Made by a program: the position numbers and the translations under genes. A stretch of 64,000 bases of DNA from Trypanosoma brucei (Eukaryota): assembly GCA_000002445.1 (NCBI GenBank), contig CH464491.1, forward strand, positions 1 through 64,000. The letters are read 5' to 3'. The notes below the pieces were generated by a model, which was given only the letters and a program-made list of their open reading frames with translations, made no database searches and had not been told where the DNA came from. This document shows positions 57,276-64,000 of this stretch, one piece after another. How positions within the stretch are numbered: the stretch's first letter is position 1; each line of letters starts with the position of its first letter.

Positions 57276-58089
57276 AGCGACAAACCTACCGAAGCAGATT
57301 ACAACTTTTGATCCTTCGAATTTTGATGCTCTCTTATTTGTTTTTTTTATCGTTTTCGGTCCCCACTTGTATCTCCTTCTTGTCTACTGAAACGGCCGGC
57401 AAAACCTTAGGTTATATCCGAGAGAAAGCAACGAAACGATGATTTGGAAAGGTGTGAGAAGCGGAGAGAGCGGGAAGGCTTAATAATTAAAGGAGGGAGC
57501 ACCACAACAAAGGGATCTATTTTCACGCGCCTATACCATGGCCAGCACTCTCGAGTATTTGTGTAGCACAGCAACAAACATAGTCATATATCAGTGTCAT
57601 TCACGACACCCGCGGCAAATAACAACACACCAGACACCAAATGAAAACAACAACAAAAATACGCGGGGGCTCTTTCACTGTTGAGCTTAGAAGTGAGTTC
57701 ACAGAAGGAAAATAAGTCCCTTGCTCCGCACTCACAATATTATGGTTCTGCAATGGCTCCACAAGATCCATAAACCTGTTCTCAACGTACACGCATATAT
57801 ACGATCACTCATTTTCCTTTCCGATAGCCACATTCCCTTCATACAGATTCCCTTACAAACAAAAACCTCATCTATGTCCTTAGTTTCCTGAATGATATAT
57901 GCATGCTTCCTTTCCAACTTTCTTTTGTTTTCAGCCCTTTTTTTCTCCTCATTCTACTTCCATCTCCTACTCTTACCTCAAAGCCTTCTTTACTCCGGTT
58001 CCACTCTCTAATTTGGCGTGTTGGCACTTGCAAAGGGCAAAAACAAAAGTGCCACAATGTCCTACCCACACTCACCACAAACAGTTTCT

Positions 58090-61000
58090 CTAAAGAAGAT
58101 GAGTCTTCAAATCAGGATCGATTTGTCTTTGCACCTGATTCAGGTCAACCATGTTCTCACACATGGGGCACACCTGAGACTGTCGCAACAGTGTAATGAA
58201 CGAAGTATACAAAGCAGGGAAGTGACACACAGGGCACTCAGAGTAGTTTTGCTTGACCATGTGTTTCCCTGTCACAATGCAAAAAGGAAGCGTATTCTTG
58301 CAGGATCCGCACTCCAATTCCGTCTCGAGCACTCCGGCATCGCAGAAGGGGCATGGAGACGTATCCTCTTGGGGATCTTCTAACTCCTCTTTACCGCGTC
58401 TGCGCACTATGGCTTCGATCTTCTTCCGGTTTTTGTCATCTAACTCAGTTCTGTACCTCTCATTTTGAATAATGATGCAGGCGTTGTCAAACGCAGACTT
58501 CTTGAAGCCGCTTTTCAGGCACTGCAATGCGGTGGATGTATATAAAGTGGAAATGTGTTGCGGAAACCTTTGGATGTTCCGTACCACGCGCAGGAGCATA
58601 CGGGAAGCCGTTTCATCATCATTCATCACCTTGATGAGGTGCTTTACGATCACGTACGAGTGTAGTAACATAAGACTCCGTCGCAGGTCGTTGGGCACAC
58701 GCATCTTTCTATCCCTGAGAATACGGAAGGCCTCCACGAGTGTCCTGTGGGCTGCCATGTAGCTCCCCACCTCCTGTTCTTTTGTAGCAATAAGCACAGA
58801 TGTTTTGGCAGCTTTTTCATAACTCCCGAGGGCCATGTACAACTTAAAAATATACGATGGTTCCTTCGGCTCCCCATCTGTCTCTCCCATAAGATAGTCA
58901 ATAAGTTTGTTAGTCAATGTATCGCTTCGAGACCTTCCGACAACCTCGATGGCCTTCTCAATATCCTCTGGTTGACCGGCCTCAAGGTAGTTCTTCAGTG
59001 CATACGGAAAATTGCCTGCAATGTGGTAGAACAATCCCGCTTGCCCTGGTTTGACATTCTGCTCGTAGTGGCGTGCTATGGCCGAAAACTCATTTTGATT
59101 AGCAGCTGGAGCCACACCATCAGTAAGCTGAACTTGTGAAAGCAATGCGCTCTCTAATGCAGTCATGCAGCCCTTTTCCTTCGCCAGCTCAAACCCCTCA
59201 AAGAAGGCCTTCGCAAGGACAAAGAACTCGACGGCGACAGAAAACTCACCACGCTTTTTGCACATGTTTGCTACAACAGACGCGGCAGCAACCGACCGCG
59301 TCTGACGGACAATATCGTACGCACCCTGCAAGTTGTTTAGTTTCTCAACTCTAATGCGTACCACATTGTCCCAGTCCTCCGCCTGTGTATACGCTTTCTC
59401 TGCCTCAGAGAATGCGCCTTCTTCCTCCTTTCCCTTAGCGAACATGCCAATGATGTTGCGAGATGTAATGCGAGGGATGATGCGACTTGCTGCTTTTAAG
59501 TTTCGTGCATCCACAATATACAGCTTCGCGGCGTGCTCAAAATTCAGCGCCTTCTCGTACAAATGCGCAGCCTCGTCGCAGTGCCGGAGGCTTTCCAAAA
59601 TTTCTGCGCATTCTGTGACAAAAGCCAAATCATTAGACTGTTCCGCCAACTTCACACCTTCTTGTACTCCGCCAGTGCGTAACAAGCATCGCGCTGATCC
59701 CTGCAAGCACTCAGCATTATGTTTCTTTACTTCACCCTGCGCAGCAGTCAGTTCAGTACTCGCATGTCCCTTCGGCATTGCCATTTCACCTGCCCTATAC
59801 ATTTCAAGGGCATTCGCATACTCCCCACGGTACTCAAGTTGTTGAGCATATTCCTTAGATAAGATGGGTAGTTTCTCTGGAGCCAACTGCTTCGCAAGAG
59901 TCAAGGCCGGTTCCCACTGCATGAGATCGTGCCGCATTTGTAAGGCACAAAGAGGCTGCGAGGAACGAAGAAAAAAGTTCTGCGCATCTTTAAAGTACCC
60001 CATAATCATAGAGACGTGTCCTATCAGGAGATTCTTTTCATTTATATGTTTAATGCTCTCAATATACATGACGAGGCTCGGTTGGGATAATTGCCGGTAG
60101 AGTCGGATGGCGAGTTCAACGTCAAGCATGTGCAGTGCCTTCACGGCCAAGTCCTCAGCCTCTTGTGGTGTACTAATATTTTGGGACGCCCACCGTAGGT
60201 GATTCAAAGAAAAGTTATTGTAGAACGCCTCCGAGTTTGGTACACGAGAAGTGGCCCGGTTATGCGAAGCCAGTGTGAGAGATTCTACAGCGTTGCATGG
60301 GCCCTGAAGCGTTACGGTACCCTTCATTACACCGAGTGGAGTGAAGCCACTTGGAATATTGGTGATAAGATTGACAGTTTTTGAATCCTTGACAACCACA
60401 GATTCGGCTGTTGGCCCATATCGGCTATGTGGTGCGTAAACGTACGTCACCATCGTGCTTGCGTTGTAAGATACCAACACACCGTAGTCACCTTGATCCC
60501 ATAAAATGTCCTTGTGCCCCTGCTCAAATCCTTCGGTTTGAGTGGAAACAAGTGTTATAGGATTAAGTATAAACATAACGTCATACTTGTCGATGAGGGC
60601 TATCCGAGTGCAGCTGAAATTAGGGAATGCTCGCTTAATTCCAGTAGTAGGTGTGTGCTCCATCACACATTGGTAGTCAGCAAGATTGACAATGAAAATT
60701 TTCTCTGGGGTTGCGTACATGAAGAGGGAGTCACTTATCCCAATAGAAATAACATCAGCGCCTCCACTCTCCGGAAGTGTAATAGAATCCGCACCGCTCC
60801 ACACTTCGTGCAGTTGAACCTTTCCGTCACAGAGCGCGGCCGCGTGGTTGTTGGACACTTTCAGAGCAGAAACATTTGAAGGGTAATTCACTGTATTTAC
60901 CAATTTGGCCTCTCCTTCCCCGGCCTTGTAGTATGCACCAGTGTTCCGAGAGCACACAGCTAAGACATCCCGTGAGGCAGCTAACAAAGTGGGATCCATG

Positions 61001-62160
61001 TCTAATGTCGCAGTGAAGACAACACGGTCATCCTTGACAGACTTCACCGTTACCGTTCGCGATCCGGTTAGTGAATAAATATTTGGTCCACACACCACAC
61101 TCGAGACAGGCACACTCCTCTTGAAACTGATTAAATGGGGTTGGTCAGTAACTACAGTTATGTTCATTCCATTCCCACTATGTTGCACGTCCTGTAGTGC
61201 ACCTAATGCCCCCTCCAGCTGAATCGAATCTGATTTTATTTCAGTTATTCGCTTGTCAGCCAAAGAAAAGAACTTGATGCTCGATCCAGCAACGGCAACG
61301 CAAGTTCCGGAGCCCCCAGAGCACGACATGCCGCACACGGCATCCTCGAACGGTCGGGTCACACCGTATACCTTGGAGTTTTGATGGTTGATTTGAACGA
61401 GGGCCATTGCACCAGAAGTAAACCCCACACATGTCAATCCTCCAGCAAGGCACCTGCACACCGTGATATTTCCAAGTTTTGCATCAAACGTCAATACGTG
61501 AGGTTGGAGAGTTTCCAAGTTGTAGTGCTCCAACACAGTGCCACAGTTAACCAAGGCAACTACGTTGGCAAGTGATGATGGATCACCGTGACCTGGAAAA
61601 TCAATCACCGAAAGGGAAGAAGGGACATTTTTTACGGTTACCCGCTGTTGAACGTTACCAGCAGCGTCAGAAACGGAAAGTACCTGATCCTCCCCAATCA
61701 CCACAAGGTTGTTGCTCGCTGTCCACACGCCATCAATAATTCGATTGTCATGGGTTCCAGTAACAGGCACTTTCTTCATTGTCTCACTATTTATTACCAT
61801 GAGGTCGCCGCCTGTGTTGCCTACTGCCAAAAGCGAAGCGACAGGAGACCATGCCATGAAACACAACCCCTGAAGGCCGGTATCTATAGAATCGGGTCCG
61901 GCCTCATTGCTCATTAGTAAAGAAACATTACTGGAGTCCTGTTGAATAAGGGCAAGTACAGCGCGTGTAGGATCCCACCCGAGCCGGGAGACATTGGGAA
62001 GAGAGAAAGTGTGAAGTCCTTTTCCTTCAGAGGATATTATTCGCACCTTCCCGTTGGGGCAATACACTGCAAGTTTTGAGCTATGGGGATCCCATGCGAA
62101 TTGCGGAACCCCCCGGTCGAGGTCCTCTGCCGTAAGCTCAAACTTTTTTTGAATGCTCAT
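58090..62160 (-). CDS. IFT144: Intraflagellar transport complex A subunit IFT144/WDR19 (1356 aa): N-terminal WD40 propellers, TPR-like helical repeats and a C-terminal Cys-rich zinc-ribbon-like tail
   Basis: The N-terminus VPQFAWDPHSSKLAV...LAVGNTGGDLMVINSETMKKVPVTGTHDNRI parallels human WDR19 PIQFAWQKTSGNYLAV...[31 protein letters not shown]. The length is also similar. Confidence 0.8.
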   Translation of the reverse strand: MSIQKKFELTAEDLDRGVPQFAWDPHSSKLAVYCPNGKVRIISSEGKGLHTFSLPNVSRLGWDPTRAVLALIQQDSSNVSLLMSNEAGPDSIDTGLQGLCFMAWSPVASLLAVGNTGGDLMVINSETMKKVPVTGTHDNRIIDGVWTASNNLVVIGEDQVLSVSDAAGNVQQRVTVKNVPSSLSVIDFPGHGDPSSLANVVALVNCGTVLEHYNLETLQPHVLTFDAKLGNITVCRCLAGGLTCVGFTSGAMALVQINHQNSKVYGVTRPFEDAVCGMSCSGGSGTCVAVAGSSIKFFSLADKRITEIKSDSIQLEGALGALQDVQHSGNGMNITVVTDQPHLISFKRSVPVSSVVCGPNIYSLTGSRTVTVKSVKDDRVVFTATLDMDPTLLAASRDVLAVCSRNTGAYYKAGEGEAKLVNTVNYPSNVSALKVSNNHAAALCDGKVQLHEVWSGADSITLPESGGADVISIGISDSLFMYATPEKIFIVNLADYQCVMEHTPTTGIKRAFPNFSCTRIALIDKYDVMFILNPITLVSTQTEGFEQGHKDILWDQGDYGVLVSYNASTMVTYVYAPHSRYGPTAESVVVKDSKTVNLITNIPSGFTPLGVMKGTVTLQGPCNAVESLTLASHNRATSRVPNSEAFYNNFSLNHLRWASQNISTPQEAEDLAVKALHMLDVELAIRLYRQLSQPSLVMYIESIKHINEKNLLIGHVSMIMGYFKDAQNFFLRSSQPLCALQMRHDLMQWEPALTLAKQLAPEKLPILSKEYAQQLEYRGEYANALEMYRAGEMAMPKGHASTELTAAQGEVKKHNAECLQGSARCLLRTGGVQEGVKLAEQSNDLAFVTECAEILESLRHCDEAAHLYEKALNFEHAAKLYIVDARNLKAASRIIPRITSRNIIGMFAKGKEEEGAFSEAEKAYTQAEDWDNVVRIRVEKLNNLQGAYDIVRQTRSVAAASVVANMCKKRGEFSVAVEFFVLAKAFFEGFELAKEKGCMTALESALLSQVQLTDGVAPAANQNEFSAIARHYEQNVKPGQAGLFYHIAGNFPYALKNYLEAGQPEDIEKAIEVVGRSRSDTLTNKLIDYLMGETDGEPKEPSYIFKLYMALGSYEKAAKTSVLIATKEQEVGSYMAAHRTLVEAFRILRDRKMRVPNDLRRSLMLLHSYVIVKHLIKVMNDDETASRMLLRVVRNIQRFPQHISTLYTSTALQCLKSGFKKSAFDNACIIIQNERYRTELDDKNRKKIEAIVRRRGKEELEDPQEDTSPCPFCDAGVLETELECGSCKNTLPFCIVTGKHMVKQNYSECPVCHFPALYTSFITLLRQSQVCPMCENMVDLNQVQRQIDPDLKTHLL

Positions 62161-62816
62161 TTAAAGCGGTATAAAACGTAAGCAAAAACGAAAAGGAGCA
62201 CACAAGCAAAAAGCAAGCTTCGTGTAAATGAAATGAAACTACCGAATAAAAATAAGGGGGAAAATAAAAGTAACATTTCAGCAAAAAGTGGATGGAAAGG
62301 TGTTAATATACCCCGCGCAACAAGAAAACAGATAGGCAATCAACCTATAGGGAAGCTGAATAACAAGCAAATGGGTGGGAAACATAACTTGTCAAAATAT
62401 ATATATATATATATGTTAATTTAATGTGTTTAACTTTACTCCGGCACCGCAATCCCTCAACAACTGACAACCTCATGAACTGTTCGTAACAAAATGAGAA
62501 AAAGAAGGAAGAGGAGGAGGGAAAAGTCACACCAAAAGTCGTATTGCTGTTTCCTGGTGCGGTACGCATTTCAGGAAACTACGTACTGAAACAACTGTAC
62601 GCTCTACGGATTTTGGTAGCTATTGGTATTCATCTTTTATGCTGGTGCTCCCTCTCACTGCTTATGCAGCGGAGCTTAAACCACAGACGACCCGACTTTT
62701 GAACAAAAGGAAACAGTGCGATGCTGCGTTCCAACCGGTCGCTCAGTGTGAAAAAAAAAAGGGGGTCAAAAGATACTCGAGTGTAGCTCACACTACCAAG
62801 ACTATTTCGCGGTACG

Positions 62817-63749
62817 TTATCCATTCAAACCGCTGCACACACAAAGAAGTTTATTAGTGGACCCTTGTGCCTCAAATATTCGATTTACTTGTTCGTAAGC
62901 AGCGATAAGTACCGCATTGCCGGGAAAAGCACGAATAGCCGTAACGCCGTAGCCACGTATGAGTCCGCGCATTCCCTCTATCTTATACAGGCGCATCAAA
63001 CCCTGAGTGATGGAAAGATTACCGTATTCACTTCTATTTGTCTGTACTTTAGTTTTAAGGACGTCAATTGGGTAAATAGACGTCCAGAAAACGACACCGG
63101 CACAACCACCCCCGAGAAAATGAACAAAAGGCGAGGCATCAGTGAAGACTTGCCCCTCCTGCAACATATTCCGAATAACCAATTGAAAGGTAGAAAAATA
63201 CATTCCACAGCCAAGTGCCTCCCGCATGATCATGGATACATGTCCCTTGAAGAGCCCCCGGATTCCGGAACTTCGATAAATGGAGGTGACACAATGTGCA
63301 GAGTTTTTATATATGCGTTTCTCCTCGGGGAGTGTGTTTTGTACTTGCATTTTACACTTAATCAACTCTGCAGGTGTTAACACGTGCGATACTACGATAC
63401 CACCAATGGCAGCTGCTGTAAAAACAGCAAGATAAGGTTCCGTGTCAGGCTCACACCGCTTTCTGTAAAAGAGATCCTGCGCCGGGCCTATGGCTTCGCG
63501 ATATGTAGCGAAGAGAGTGGCATTTTCCACAGCTGCACCAATCACGGGTAATGGAAGTCCCCTAAAAAAACCACCAAAAATGCCCTCACTGCGAGTTATC
63601 TCTATGATACAGCTCAAACTCCCACGGTAACGGTGTGGGTCGTCCTGCAGTCTCACTTTTATGGTATCCAGTGGGTATTCCACTATAGTTGCCAGTGCGC
63701 CACCAACTGAACCCGCAGTAACCTCCTTCAGAAAGTTTCCATCATGCAT
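62817..63749 (-). CDS. Mitochondrial carrier family protein, 310 aa
   Basis: Tripartite carrier signature repeats, e.g. PLDTIKVRLQ and PIDVLKTKVQ, and six predicted TM helices. Confidence 0.8.
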   Translation of the reverse strand: MHDGNFLKEVTAGSVGGALATIVEYPLDTIKVRLQDDPHRYRGSLSCIIEITRSEGIFGGFFRGLPLPVIGAAVENATLFATYREAIGPAQDLFYRKRCEPDTEPYLAVFTAAAIGGIVVSHVLTPAELIKCKMQVQNTLPEEKRIYKNSAHCVTSIYRSSGIRGLFKGHVSMIMREALGCGMYFSTFQLVIRNMLQEGQVFTDASPFVHFLGGGCAGVVFWTSIYPIDVLKTKVQTNRSEYGNLSITQGLMRLYKIEGMRGLIRGYGVTAIRAFPGNAVLIAAYEQVNRIFEAQGSTNKLLCVCSGLNG

Positions 63750-64000
63750 TCTCCCTCAAAGTTAACAAAAACAAAACGGAATAGGTTGCCCTAATTTTTT
63801 ATTAGGAAAAAACAAGTTGAGCCGGGTTGTGTGAGGTGTTTTCGGGGCTACCTTATGTATGGTGCGCAGCTATGGTGAGAATAACAGAACGAGAAAAATA
63901 TATAAGCAGAAAGGACAAAAATATATATTATCACAGCAATACAATAAAAAAAGATATAGCACGATGCAGCCAATATTAAACGATAAAGGAAAAGGATGCT

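Noticed and set aside
39884-63380. Plus-strand ORFs in the core region (e.g. 41805..42173, 44705..45094, 46638..47033, 55372..55833, 55694..56080, 58018..59845 series, 62865..63380)
   Set aside because: All are antisense or overlapping to well-supported minus-strand genes and show no domain signal.
1-64000. Bloodstream expression site (BES) interpretation
   Set aside because: No ESAG7/ESAG6, ESAG5, ESAG3, ESAG2, ESAG1 or ESAG8 homologue is found in any frame. Only GRESAG4-type cyclases and a short 70-bp array are present. Conserved housekeeping genes begin ~35 kb from the VSG.
1-64000. Prokaryotic features (CRISPR arrays, defence islands, operons)
   Set aside because: The sequence is eukaryotic (kinetoplastid). 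It shows telomere hexamers, VSG, 70-bp repeats, ingi/RIME and unidirectional polycistron organisation. The only direct-repeat arrays are telomeric and subtelomeric satellites.

Overview
This window is not prokaryotic. It reads as one complete chromosome end of an African trypanosome (Trypanosoma brucei group), with the physical terminus at window position 1. All recognisable genes are on the minus strand, so transcription runs right-to-left toward the telomere. Features in order from the terminus inward:
- 1-285: (CCCTAA)n telomere.
- 283-1578: about 45 copies of a 29-bp telomere-derived subtelomeric repeat.
- 1579-2600: an A-rich spacer carrying four copies of a G-rich ~75-nt element.
- 2604-2720: a degenerate telomere-like tract.
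- 2912-4348: an intact VSG gene whose 3'UTR (2852-2886) carries the canonical 16-mer and 8/9-mer elements.
- 4349-6119: a ~1.8 kb unique stretch, analogous to a co-transposed region.
- 6120-6670: a short array of about 7 units of the 70-bp repeat.
- 7995-8420 and 10010-10512: two convergently oriented ingi/RIME retroelement 5' ends, carrying the Pr77 hallmark and a 2A-like DVEENPGP peptide.
- 13316-14235 and 20125-20964: two paralogous genes for low-complexity predicted secreted/GPI-anchored proteins, one of them frameshifted.
- 25133-28840 and 31849-35583: a tandem pair of mosaic receptor-type adenylate cyclase genes (GRESAG4/ESAG4 family).
- From ~37 kb onward: a dense core polycistron comprising a Bet1-like SNARE, a RAMP4-like protein, ETF-beta, a BipA/TypA GTPase, RPB6, CPSF100, a UCH protease, IFT144/WDR19, a mitochondrial carrier and several hypothetical proteins.
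The feature most worth following up is the overall architecture. A telomeric VSG with canonical 3'UTR sits behind only ~0.5 kb of 70-bp repeats and an ingi/RIME pair. None of the ESAG7/6/5/3/2/1/8 genes expected in a bloodstream expression site is present. Housekeeping genes are reached within ~35 kb. This fits a metacyclic-type (monocistronic) or otherwise non-canonical VSG expression site rather than a classical bloodstream expression site. I have no tools, so all family assignments rest on motifs read by eye and should be confirmed by database searches.
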